In this document: positions 10,782-20,565 of the stretch, one piece after another | How positions within the stretch are numbered: the first letter of the stretch is position 1 | Layout of the letters: the number at the start of each line of letters is the position of its first letter | IMG/VR virus record: IMGVR_UViG_3300025876_001969 | Span: 1,458 to 65,457 of that record | From: a virus | Taxonomy: Duplodnaviria > Caudoviricetes | Reading direction: 5' to 3' (one strand) | DNA: 64,000 nt | Position numbers and translations under genes: made by a program | Notes under the pieces: model-generated | What the model was told of the DNA's origin: nothing | What the model saw: only the letters and a program-made list of their open reading frames with translations | The model's database searches: none

Positions 10782-13700
10782 ATGAAAAAGGTATTTTTAC
10801 ACGGAGAGCTCGGCAAGGAGTTTGGGAGGGAGTGGAATTTAGATGTTAAATCTGCTTCTGAGGCTTTGTCTGCCCTGTTTGCCAATAACAGTTCAATAGA
10901 AGTTTACCTAAACAAAAAGCAGCAGGATGACGTATTTTACGGGGTAAGAAGTGGGAGATCTAAGTCATTTCTTACGAGTGAAGAAATGAGCGCAAGGACT
11001 AATGAAGATTTCCACCTGTTCCCAATACCTCTTGGCTCTGGGGGGGCGGTGGTTGGATTATTGGTGACCGCAGCAACCACTGCCGCTAGCATGTACGTTT
11101 CTAAGAAAATGGCTGAAGCTATGCAGAGGGAGGATAAAACTGTAAAAGCTCAGACTCAATCATTTTTATTTAACGGTAGTGAGAATAGATACGAGCAGGG
11201 GGCAACCGTTCCTTTAGGTTATGGAAGAATGAAGGTTGGAAGTAATACTATATCTGCTTGTAATGTCAATTACGATTACGACTCAGACAAGGGAGATATA
11301 TTTAATTTCACAAGCGGACTTTATAGTTTAATACCAACGTACAGCAAATACTACAATGACGAATACGGACCACTTGGTTCTTCTTTTCATGTTAATCAAT
11401 TCGATGGTAGTAGCAAATTTAAAACTGCAGATCCTGCTTATTTATTTTTGAAAACAGCTCCATCATTGAATACATTCGGTTCAAACGATGGATCATATGG
11501 TCAGTATGAAGATGCGGCAGCACAACAAGATAGGTATGTTACTCAAGATAGTAAAAACGGTAATGCTATTGGTGGGTACATGTATTATGAGTATAATTAT
11601 TTTAAAGGTTTAAATAAGTCACTACTTGGAAATGCTCAAGCTAATGGTAATTGGTTTCAGGATTCGAATATTTTAGACAATACATTGGCGGTTTCGTCGG
11701 CGGCTGCAATAAAGAGTTCGTTAGTATGCCTTCAGTCAAGCCCAATAGCTGGAAATGAAGAAAAAGTTTTTTACCCAATAATGTTTGCCGATGGCGAGCT
11801 TACTAGTGCAAGAAATCCTATAGATAGGAACAATCAGGGTTTTGCTCCAATACAGGTTGGAGAAAGGTGGAAGGGGGCAGATAAGAATAATGGAGTAGGT
11901 TGGTTTAAGTTAGAATCCGCTTCAGTTTACAAGGCCGTGGACTTAGTGTGTGAGGGACCTATTGATGGTTTTTCAGACAACAATGGGGATACATTAAAGT
12001 TTCGCAAAGAACTAGAGAGAAACGACGATCCAGCTTTAATGAGAAACAGTATGGATGACTACCTGCAAGGGGTATACTTGAATGACGACCAAGCTAAGGA
12101 AGTCAATCATGCGACAAATTTAGATTCTTACAATATAAACGAATTCGATATAGACATAGGTATGAATAAGGATGGTCTAATTGGGTCAAACGATCAATCT
12201 TTACTGGAACCTCAGTATTTGTTTACAGCAAATACTAAGGACATAAACGCTCCGCTGTATGGGCCAAGATCAATTAATCAAGGAGCTATAATTACAGAGC
12301 AAAGCGATATAGGTCCATTCAAGCAAAACAAAACCTACAAGTTAGGGGAATTGGTATCTTATCAGGATGACGGTCAATCTTATAATTATAAATTAAGCAA
12401 TAGTTTGTCGAATAAATTTTCAAAAAATGAGGACTATAACTATGCGGCAGATGATGTCAAGATAGTTTACGAAGAGAATGGAGATAGTAAGACTTTTTAT
12501 GCTGCCACGCAATTAATAAACGAATATAATGCATTCGACGGAGGTTATGTGGACATTGAAAACGATAATTATTATCTACCTGGGGATAAGATAAAGTCAG
12601 AAAGTTTCTTGGGGGGTGTTGAATACTACGAAATGGGCCCTGATTCTGAGAAATTTTTAGGCGTATTTGATTACAAAAAAACTTACGCTGGCCTCAATGG
12701 ATATGTAATAATGAAATCTCAGGGCGACGTAAATTCTACATCTCCCATATATAAAATAACTGGAGATTACAACCCCGCCGAGAATGACTCGATAGGGGAA
12801 TTTGCTAAATTATTAATGCACAAATATAGAGACGAAAACAATCAAGAAAAAATTGTTTCTAACGATCCAATATATATATTAAAAAACACAGAAGATGAAG
12901 ATTTGGCGGGAAATAGAATTATAGGGGATGAGCAGGATATTACTCCATCCACATCTAATTTGTGGCAGTCTATAGTTATAACATCCCCTCAGGATGAAAT
13001 TAAGAATGGACCTATAGGTCCGGGCAGCCAAGGCGATAAATATGATGGAGATTTAAATTTGTTTAAATTTGCAAATAACGATTCAGTTGAATTAGTAAAG
13101 TCTCAAGAGGAGGAGTATTATGTAGCCCACTCTATAATTAATCCATTAGTTGAGGAGGTTTATGTTTCGCTACAGATTGACGAATTAGCTTACATATATG
13201 AAGGTGACGAGCTCAACGTGACATACAAACCTGGAGCATTAATGGGTGCCCTTTTTGGATTGATGATAGTTGCCGAAGATGCTACTGCTGTGGCTGGTGG
13301 TATTTTGGCAGCTATAGGTTTACCTACTGAGCCCGGAGCTAAAGTAATGGGAGGCAAGGAAATGGCAAAAGCATTAGCTAAGATAGCGGCGGTAACGACG
13401 TTGGGAGCTGTATTAGGAAACAATACAAAATTTAAAATAGGAACAAAAGTAGAAAACTCAGGAGAGACCTGGCCTAATAGGGCAAGATTTAGAATTAAAT
13501 ATGGCAACCAAGGAGAATCCCAATATTCAACAGATGTATACATTTATGGGGTAGCTACGTCGCCATATAGGAAAGATGTAAAAATTTATCTACCACCAAA
13601 TCCCTCCGCAAAAGACCGATCAATAAAAGTATACAAACTAAACAGGGAAAGGAACCCAGTAAAAGAAGGAGAGCAATCTGCAAGATACAAAGAGAAAATG

Positions 13701-16079
13701 CTACTAGCTGGAATAACGGAAATTTCACCAGTACAGTTGAGTTATCCTAATTCAGTTGTTATAGGAACAAGGATTAACGCAAAAGATGTTCCATCAATAC
13801 CTAAAAGAAATTACAATTTAAAATTAAAAAAACTAGCGATACCCTCAAACTATAATCCGGATACAAGAATATACGATGGAAGTTGGAATGGGCTATTTAG
13901 GGGCCAATCCTCAAGCAGTGATCAAGTTCCTGATGCAGCTAAAGAATGGACCGACAATCCGGCTTGGTGTTTGTATGATTTAATATCAAGCAAGAGATAC
14001 GGGGTTGGTAAGTTTGGGGTAAGGCCTGAGAATATAGACAGGTGGACCCTTTATAGAATTGCTAAATATTGCGACGAGTTTGTTCCGACTGGTTATAGCT
14101 CAAAATACAAGCAGAGAGCGTTTAAGCTATATGGAGATAGAACTATAAAAATAGACCCTACAGAAAACTTAGATATTGCAAAATTCAATAAAGAGTTTAA
14201 CCATCCGAATAAGAGGTTGGCTATATATTATGATAATAACAAGTATGAATCAATAAAGATAAATGGGACTTCAAATTCTGGAAACGAAGTAAGGCTAGAA
14301 ATTAATCCATCTTTAGATTTTGGTAAATGCGCAGTAGAAATAGATTACCCTCTTGTGGAGCCTAGATATACTATTAATGCTTTTTTAATGAATTCCGATA
14401 ATGCGTTTAAATTAATAAATGAATTTGCGGCAATTTTTAGAGCATTTGCATATTGGTCTGGTGGGGCAATTAATTTCTTTCAAGACGAAAAGAAGGATTC
14501 AGTGATGCTTTTCGCTAACAACAACATATCTAAGGATGGATTCTCTTATTCAAATACTCCAAAAACCAGTAGGACAAATTCGTGCAAGATAAAATATGTC
14601 GATAGGTTTAATAATTTTAAATCAAAGATAGAATATTCCGAGGAAAGGGCGTCGGTGCAGAAAAATGGAATAATAGAGCAGACAATAGATGGTTTTGGGA
14701 TAACTTCTCAAGGGCAAGCCAAGAGAGCTGCTGATTTTGTCGTCAAAAGCGCCAACATGGAGTCAGAGATATTATCTTTTACGACTAGTTCAATCGGGTC
14801 TTATTTGAAACCGGGGGACGTGATAGACGTACTAGATAATAAGAGGACTATAGGAAGGTTTGCAGGCAAGATAACGGACATATCAATATACGGAGACGGT
14901 AAGTCTGCTGAGATATCAATAGATTACCCAATCAATGCAATTATTGAAAAAGACGAAAAGGATACATGGAAAAATATAACATTATATAATATATCTGGAA
15001 ATGAAACTATAAAATCTCTGGATGAGAAAATTAAGCCAAGCGACCAAGAGATATCAAACATGAGATCCTCTCAGATAAAAACATTTACAGCCGCAAGCCT
15101 TTACGGGGATGATCAGAAGTTATTATTAGTAAGTAATCCATATAGTTTTATTTCAGGAGAGTATACTTGGAGGGAGGCAAAAGAAGACGCACTAGATAGG
15201 GGTGGAAGGTTGGCCACAATTACCAATGATACTGATCAGTTATTAATGCAATCAACCATTGAGTCTGGGCAAACTGGATGGATAGGTGGGTATTTCATAG
15301 ATTTACCTCCGCCTCCTAGATTCATATGGGACCAGCCTGAAGCTTGCAATACTGATGAAATATCTTTCTATAGTTGGGCTGAAGGTTTTCCAAAAATAGG
15401 AGACTCTCTTCAAGACCATGAAGATCAAACCATAGTGACAGACTGTGATGAATTTGAAATAATGACAGACCCGCCAGATGGTTTTGGTAATTTTATAGCT
15501 GCAAGTGGGTCTGAAGATAATTCAATTAATGGAGATTGGGTAACGCTATCAGGAGTTAGTAAAATAGGATACATATTAGAGAGAGAGAGTGATGATTCTC
15601 TTTTCTCTTTAAAAGATGTCAAGGGTTCGACATTTATGATGGAAGACTCGGTAAACCTTGCTAAACCTAAGCAATTTAAAGTTGTAAACATAACAGAATC
15701 ATCGAATGGAATTTTTGAAGTTAGGGGGCTAGAATACAATAAAGAAAAATTTGACAACATAGAAAAAAATATGTCGATAAAACATCCAGAATCTCCTGTT
15801 ATTTTTACAGAAAGCGTCCTAGATGCACCCTCAGAAATAACCATTGAGATATTGAGCGAGGATGTATCCAGGAAAATACCATACGGACTTAAGCTTTCGT
15901 GGAACACCGTGTTGTCTGCAGCAAGTTACAAGATTCAGTTTTTTAATGGAAATATATTGATATCTACATTTGAAATACCAAATGATAAGGGGGTTGAGGT
16001 AAATTCTTATAGTTATAGAAATGAAGCAATTAAGGAAGATGGTAATTATTACGGGAGAGTATACTCTGTAGTTTCATAA
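10782..16079 (+). CDS. tail tip protein: gpI-gpJ fusion with C-type lectin-like and FN3-like domains
   Basis: N-terminal gpI ('KVFLHGELGKEFG..V.SASEALSAL', 'SFLFNG..QGATVPLGYG'). gpJ motifs 'DLVCEGPIDG', 'WTDNPAWCLYDLISSKRYG', 'FGITSQGQAKR', 'LKPGDVIDVLD'. CTL-like 'TWREAKEDALDRGGRLATI..WIGG'. Confidence 0.9.
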   Translation: MKKVFLHGELGKEFGREWNLDVKSASEALSALFANNSSIEVYLNKKQQDDVFYGVRSGRSKSFLTSEEMSARTNEDFHLFPIPLGSGGAVVGLLVTAATTAASMYVSKKMAEAMQREDKTVKAQTQSFLFNGSENRYEQGATVPLGYGRMKVGSNTISACNVNYDYDSDKGDIFNFTSGLYSLIPTYSKYYNDEYGPLGSSFHVNQFDGSSKFKTADPAYLFLKTAPSLNTFGSNDGSYGQYEDAAAQQDRYVTQDSKNGNAIGGYMYYEYNYFKGLNKSLLGNAQANGNWFQDSNILDNTLAVSSAAAIKSSLVCLQSSPIAGNEEKVFYPIMFADGELTSARNPIDRNNQGFAPIQVGERWKGADKNNGVGWFKLESASVYKAVDLVCEGPIDGFSDNNGDTLKFRKELERNDDPALMRNSMDDYLQGVYLNDDQAKEVNHATNLDSYNINEFDIDIGMNKDGLIGSNDQSLLEPQYLFTANTKDINAPLYGPRSINQGAIITEQSDIGPFKQNKTYKLGELVSYQDDGQSYNYKLSNSLSNKFSKNEDYNYAADDVKIVYEENGDSKTFYAATQLINEYNAFDGGYVDIENDNYYLPGDKIKSESFLGGVEYYEMGPDSEKFLGVFDYKKTYAGLNGYVIMKSQGDVNSTSPIYKITGDYNPAENDSIGEFAKLLMHKYRDENNQEKIVSNDPIYILKNTEDEDLAGNRIIGDEQDITPSTSNLWQSIVITSPQDEIKNGPIGPGSQGDKYDGDLNLFKFANNDSVELVKSQEEEYYVAHSIINPLVEEVYVSLQIDELAYIYEGDELNVTYKPGALMGALFGLMIVAEDATAVAGGILAAIGLPTEPGAKVMGGKEMAKALAKIAAVTTLGAVLGNNTKFKIGTKVENSGETWPNRARFRIKYGNQGESQYSTDVYIYGVATSPYRKDVKIYLPPNPSAKDRSIKVYKLNRERNPVKEGEQSARYKEKMLLAGITEISPVQLSYPNSVVIGTRINAKDVPSIPKRNYNLKLKKLAIPSNYNPDTRIYDGSWNGLFRGQSSSSDQVPDAAKEWTDNPAWCLYDLISSKRYGVGKFGVRPENIDRWTLYRIAKYCDEFVPTGYSSKYKQRAFKLYGDRTIKIDPTENLDIAKFNKEFNHPNKRLAIYYDNNKYESIKINGTSNSGNEVRLEINPSLDFGKCAVEIDYPLVEPRYTINAFLMNSDNAFKLINEFAAIFRAFAYWSGGAINFFQDEKKDSVMLFANNNISKDGFSYSNTPKTSRTNSCKIKYVDRFNNFKSKIEYSEERASVQKNGIIEQTIDGFGITSQGQAKRAADFVVKSANMESEILSFTTSSIGSYLKPGDVIDVLDNKRTIGRFAGKITDISIYGDGKSAEISIDYPINAIIEKDEKDTWKNITLYNISGNETIKSLDEKIKPSDQEISNMRSSQIKTFTAASLYGDDQKLLLVSNPYSFISGEYTWREAKEDALDRGGRLATITNDTDQLLMQSTIESGQTGWIGGYFIDLPPPPRFIWDQPEACNTDEISFYSWAEGFPKIGDSLQDHEDQTIVTDCDEFEIMTDPPDGFGNFIAASGSEDNSINGDWVTLSGVSKIGYILERESDDSLFSLKDVKGSTFMMEDSVNLAKPKQFKVVNITESSNGIFEVRGLEYNKEKFDNIEKNMSIKHPESPVIFTESVLDAPSEITIEILSEDVSRKIPYGLKLSWNTVLSAASYKIQFFNGNILISTFEIPNDKGVEVNSYSYRNEAIKEDGNYYGRVYSVVS

Positions 16080-18586
16080 TGTCATTCTCAAATTCCAGAA
16101 CAGTAAAGGTGCCATTGTCGGACCCAATCCCGAAATACGGAAAAACTTTTAGGGTATCTAATATTTATTTAAATTCTTCAAGCCAGAAACAGAGGGTAAA
16201 TGATCTAAGCCCATCTTCATCTCAGACATCTTATTACAGTCAAGACTTCGAGAATAAATACCTATCAGTGGGTTGGAGCGTAATAGATCCTAGAAGCGAC
16301 TACGAGTACAAGGTAAGCGCAGATATAGAAAGTAATAAATATATAAGCGGTTTTAATGTAGATATATATAAAAATTATGGAGAATTAACTGGACAAAATG
16401 CAATAGATAACGGTGAGAAAGTATTTTCAGCAACTGGAATAAAAAATAATTCTATAGAATATGAAATAAATGATAATGATTTTCATAGAAATTATTCTGT
16501 TGAAGTGACGCTTGTTGATTTCACAGGCAACAAGAGTGTTGGATTGCTTACGACGCAGAATCCGTATGCAGAGTTTACTGTTCCCGTAAGTGGCGTGGAA
16601 TCCGGTATATTTAGATGCAATTATATTAAGCCCACAGGGGAAAATGGCGAAGATGAATCTCATGATCTTCAGTATGTGACTTTTTATGATTTTACTGGAT
16701 TGCAAATGGGGACCTTCCCTGGGGCGAGCAATAGTGCAAGAAGTGTCTTGTCAAAAAATGGTTATTTAGAAATAGAATTAACCCCTGGAACTGCGAATTA
16801 CATAATGTCCATAGCTTCGGATTCTTATTCGTCTGGGAGTCCATATGGATTCTTTAAAGATCAGGAATATTTAACCGGCACTGGATTCACTGGTTACGTA
16901 GGCAGGAATGATGAGCCATTTTTAATAGATTACTACCCTGAAGTTAGCTCTATTAGTGGTGGTAGAATATCTGGAGCTGATGCATATCATTATGAATTCG
17001 AAGTGAATTACGACACTGGCAGTAATTTACTTCATACTGTTTATGGTATAACGGGAACGGGTCAAACGTCTGGTTCTGTTTCTGGTTACGATGGGCAAAT
17101 ATTCTTCGATAGTGGGGTTTTGTTTAATCCAAGCTATAATGAGAGTAATACTGGATTGCAGTATATTTATGATAACTCACTTAGCCTGCAGAGCGGTTTT
17201 TTTACTGGTGAGTTAATTGACGTGCGAACGGTAACTGGAGTTGGGTTTACCGGCTCTGGAACATATGGAAGTGGAGCTGGGCATTATTGGCAGGAAGGTT
17301 TTCCGAAATACACAGGCTACGAATCTACCGGTGCAGGAGGGGAAATAATTTCTGGGGGTTTTTATGATTATGGGTACTTTGACCCATACATGGGGAAATT
17401 TAAATGCGCAAGTTATTCCGAAGTGAAATCCGAAAATCAGGAACCTGTTGGCATATATTCAATGCCAAAAAACAATCCAAATAGCTATGATATAAAATAT
17501 AGATCAACTTCAAATTTCACAAAAACATATGAACAGGCAGCTTCTTATTTGAATTCAATAGGAGAAATGCCGGCGGTTATATTAAACCCTTCGCAATTAA
17601 ATAAGTTAGTTAATATTAGCGGCGACATTGGGTGGGTTGGTTTGAGAAGAAATAAGGTCGCTGTGCTTACCGGAATTTTTAATCAAGATTTTGATAATCA
17701 ATCATTTTTTGATGGAGTGAATTTTGATAATGAATTTAGCAGGGATTTAGAATTTATTAATTCAAGTGGGGATTTAGAGAGGTCAAGATTAGAAGTTAAT
17801 AACGTAGGGGGTGATTGGTGTTGGACTAATTCAAGTGGAACTCATATATATAAATATGCGGGAAGTGGTTATGAAAAGACGAGAAGCGCAAATATATCCT
17901 TTGACATAATTAGGGATATTGATGGTAGGGTTATTAGCTCAACTGGATACACTGCGGAAGCCCCGCCGATGGAAATTTCTGAGATTACAGTTGAGTCAGG
18001 AAATCAAACAGTAAAGTTTGATTATAAATTCACAAATCAATATTTCGAAACTGGTAATACTAATTATAACGTGGTACAAATGAACCTATATGGAGGTACA
18101 GGCGAAGGTTTTATCGCAAATGATGGTAGTTTGTTATCAACACATTACATAACAGAACAGAACAATGGATCAAATGGGGGTGATTTAATGCAAGGCTCTA
18201 TTTCTTACGAAATTAATCAGGGGTACTCAGTTCCGGAATATTTTAAGTTAATGCCGTTTGATACAATAGGTTCGGGGATATTAGCCAACGTAAACGAATT
18301 AGCCGGACAAGGATCTATTACGACTAGCTCAACCGACCAAGCTACAATTATAAGTTTGGATGGGCTTTATTTTAATAAATCAAATTGCATAAATGTGGAG
18401 TTTCCATTCAACCACCCTAATGTGCCTGTTGTTACATTTGGATTGAATTATACAGGGAGCAATGATAATGTATCCTACCTGGGCGCAATGATAGCTAGTG
18501 AGCCTAGTAAGTCTTCAGTTAGGTTTGTACTAACAAGCCCTCCCCCAAGCACTGGATACGCATTAAACGTTAGATCCGTAAGTTAA
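16079..18586 (+). CDS. tail-associated protein, TG/SG-rich, with degenerate C-type lectin-like segment
   Basis: TAATG-coupled to J. Many TG/SG dipeptides. 'TYEQAASYLNSIG..GWVGLRR..WCWTNSS'. Confidence 0.6.
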   Translation: MSFSNSRTVKVPLSDPIPKYGKTFRVSNIYLNSSSQKQRVNDLSPSSSQTSYYSQDFENKYLSVGWSVIDPRSDYEYKVSADIESNKYISGFNVDIYKNYGELTGQNAIDNGEKVFSATGIKNNSIEYEINDNDFHRNYSVEVTLVDFTGNKSVGLLTTQNPYAEFTVPVSGVESGIFRCNYIKPTGENGEDESHDLQYVTFYDFTGLQMGTFPGASNSARSVLSKNGYLEIELTPGTANYIMSIASDSYSSGSPYGFFKDQEYLTGTGFTGYVGRNDEPFLIDYYPEVSSISGGRISGADAYHYEFEVNYDTGSNLLHTVYGITGTGQTSGSVSGYDGQIFFDSGVLFNPSYNESNTGLQYIYDNSLSLQSGFFTGELIDVRTVTGVGFTGSGTYGSGAGHYWQEGFPKYTGYESTGAGGEIISGGFYDYGYFDPYMGKFKCASYSEVKSENQEPVGIYSMPKNNPNSYDIKYRSTSNFTKTYEQAASYLNSIGEMPAVILNPSQLNKLVNISGDIGWVGLRRNKVAVLTGIFNQDFDNQSFFDGVNFDNEFSRDLEFINSSGDLERSRLEVNNVGGDWCWTNSSGTHIYKYAGSGYEKTRSANISFDIIRDIDGRVISSTGYTAEAPPMEISEITVESGNQTVKFDYKFTNQYFETGNTNYNVVQMNLYGGTGEGFIANDGSLLSTHYITEQNNGSNGGDLMQGSISYEINQGYSVPEYFKLMPFDTIGSGILANVNELAGQGSITTSSTDQATIISLDGLYFNKSNCINVEFPFNHPNVPVVTFGLNYTGSNDNVSYLGAMIASEPSKSSVRFVLTSPPPSTGYALNVRSVS

Positions 18587-18590
18587 GCGG

Positions 18591-19409
18591 CTAAGATATT
18601 AAACTGATTAATATCTTGGCGTCTTTTACTGATATATCGTCCCAGTCTTTCCATGATTCTATATTTTTGTTTTGATACACTCCTTCTTTTTTTGCTTGCC
18701 AGCATTTCTTAATAAAAGGTTTAAAGTCTTCAAATGAATCAGTAAATAAAACGCTTTTAGCTCTATTCCTTAAGGTCGTTACTGGGCTAAATGGGTCGCT
18801 TTTTTTAGACGAATCTTGATGCGCAGGTGCGTTTGGGTTTGATTTATCAATCTCGTCATCTCCAACTATATGGACATTAAGGAAGTTCCTAACACATCTA
18901 ACAAACGACCTATTGCAAGCTATGGTCTCTAGAAATTTGGTAGCAAAACTACTTGTGTTTCTTGTGCTTGCATTGGCCATATCTTGGAATGAAACTGGAT
19001 TATTTCCTGTTTCATAATTAGGTATAAAGATCGTGCTACAGGTGACTGCAACGTGATCTTCTTCGCATTTATCGATAGAATAAGATATATTTGAAAAACC
19101 TCTTAGCCTGGCAAGCTCCTTGATTCCGCTAAGCTTAATTAATAACTGATTATCTTTTAGCCCTTCTATGGATCTTGGCATGTCTTTATTTCGGGCCTGA
19201 AACCAAAGCTTATTTGGGAATAAATGTTCTTCTTTTATCATTGCCCTCCAGTTAACTGATCCGTCCTCATTGAAGACATATTGAATGTTTTTTAGTAAGC
19301 CGTTTTCGTCTCTGTTGAATAAAGATGGACCGATAGAGTTATCTATTTTAGAGTCTGAAATGGTTGAGGAGTTTTCGGTTGTTGTTTCACTTTTTTTTGA
19401 TTTTGTCAT
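18591..19409 (-). CDS. putative single-strand annealing protein (Rad52/Sak/Erf-like recombinase)
   Basis: 'FQDMANA..FLETIACNRSFVRCVRNFLNVHIVGDDEI' fits the SSAP A-x-T/N-R-A-xx-R-xx-R..EE pattern. Same operon as ssb. Confidence 0.5.
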   Translation of the reverse strand: MTKSKKSETTTENSSTISDSKIDNSIGPSLFNRDENGLLKNIQYVFNEDGSVNWRAMIKEEHLFPNKLWFQARNKDMPRSIEGLKDNQLLIKLSGIKELARLRGFSNISYSIDKCEEDHVAVTCSTIFIPNYETGNNPVSFQDMANASTRNTSSFATKFLETIACNRSFVRCVRNFLNVHIVGDDEIDKSNPNAPAHQDSSKKSDPFSPVTTLRNRAKSVLFTDSFEDFKPFIKKCWQAKKEGVYQNKNIESWKDWDDISVKDAKILISLIS

Positions 19410-20565
19410 GATTATAAATATTTAGGTGATTTATTTCTTCCCAGAAATCATCATTATCAATAATTTTTTGGTCTTCAATTCCTTTTTCGACTCCATCTTT
19501 CCATGAAGCTTTACTTGAGTATTCTTTACCATTCGATATTAATAACTTGTTGCTGTGATAGAAAGTATTATCACACAATTCAGAACAAAAGTCAAGGTCT
19601 TTGTTTTTCTTTTTTATATATTCTTCTATGGTTCTATCAAAAAAATTAAATCTTAATTCAGATATATTCTCGCGCTCCCTGCAAACTAATGAGTATTTAA
19701 TGTTCATGGAATCTAGACTACAAAGGTAATCTTCGTCGAAATTTAAATCTTCCATAAATAATGTAATTCCTGCAATATTAGATCTATTCCTGTAGATTAA
19801 ATTTAAGTCAATCTTCCTGGAGGTCATTAGGTTAATCTTGAAATTAAACCATTCGTGAATAAATGAGTCATCGTCAGTATAGTCGCACCGAAGATTAACT
19901 ATAGATCTTGGCGAAAAACCTAATGGGCAATGATGGTCGGGCACAACCTCTAGTATACTATTATTATAGTACTGACCTATATTTAAGGTTTTATAACCAT
20001 CTAGGTTGTTGTTAGCATCTATAAAGTTTAAAGCTTTGAAGAATATTTCCTCAGGATTTATTTTATCAATTGATTTATTTTTATCCGTATTTGAGTAGCT
20101 AGGTTTTGAACCTTCCAAATCAGGGGATAAGCAAAAGTGCTTAGACTCTCTATTCCATACTGGGCCAGACTGCTCTGGAAGCATATCTGAAAATATTGAT
20201 ATAGATGGAATATCTAAACATGAAGACAAGTGCAAGGAGAAGCTGTCAACACAAATATGCAGAGAAGAGCCTTTCAATATATAAACGATATTCTTAAAAG
20301 ATGTAGACCCTCTAAGATCATGATCTACACCCTTACATTGGTAATCTTCTTTTGAGCCAACTTGTATTACATCATAACCTTTGGCGTTTTTTTTAATCAT
20401 GGAAACCACGGTTTCCCAGTGAGAATAATTTCTTGATTGTATGCCTTTGGACGTTTGTAGGGTTATGTATTTATCGGAAGTAATTGGATAAAAATGATCA
20501 GAAATTTGTGGGCGCCCTATTTTGACTCCTAGGCATTTTGCGTACTCTTCAATTAAATGACTCAT
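19387..20565 (-). CDS. GT9 (heptosyltransferase-like) C-terminal lobe plus extra C-terminal domain
   Basis: 'RNYSHWETVV', 'VIQVG', 'DLRGSTS', 'HICVDSFSLHLSSCLDIPSISIFS'. Confidence 0.7.
   Translation of the reverse strand: MSHLIEEYAKCLGVKIGRPQISDHFYPITSDKYITLQTSKGIQSRNYSHWETVVSMIKKNAKGYDVIQVGSKEDYQCKGVDHDLRGSTSFKNIVYILKGSSLHICVDSFSLHLSSCLDIPSISIFSDMLPEQSGPVWNRESKHFCLSPDLEGSKPSYSNTDKNKSIDKINPEEIFFKALNFIDANNNLDGYKTLNIGQYYNNSILEVVPDHHCPLGFSPRSIVNLRCDYTDDDSFIHEWFNFKINLMTSRKIDLNLIYRNRSNIAGITLFMEDLNFDEDYLCSLDSMNIKYSLVCRERENISELRFNFFDRTIEEYIKKKNKDLDFCSELCDNTFYHSNKLLISNGKEYSSKASWKDGVEKGIEDQKIIDNDDFWEEINHLNIYNHDKIKKK
19567..19595 (-). promoter_or_regulatory. sigma70-type promoter inside the GT9 gene, upstream of the SSAP gene
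   Basis: Minus strand TTGACT-N17-GATAAT. Confidence 0.5.
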
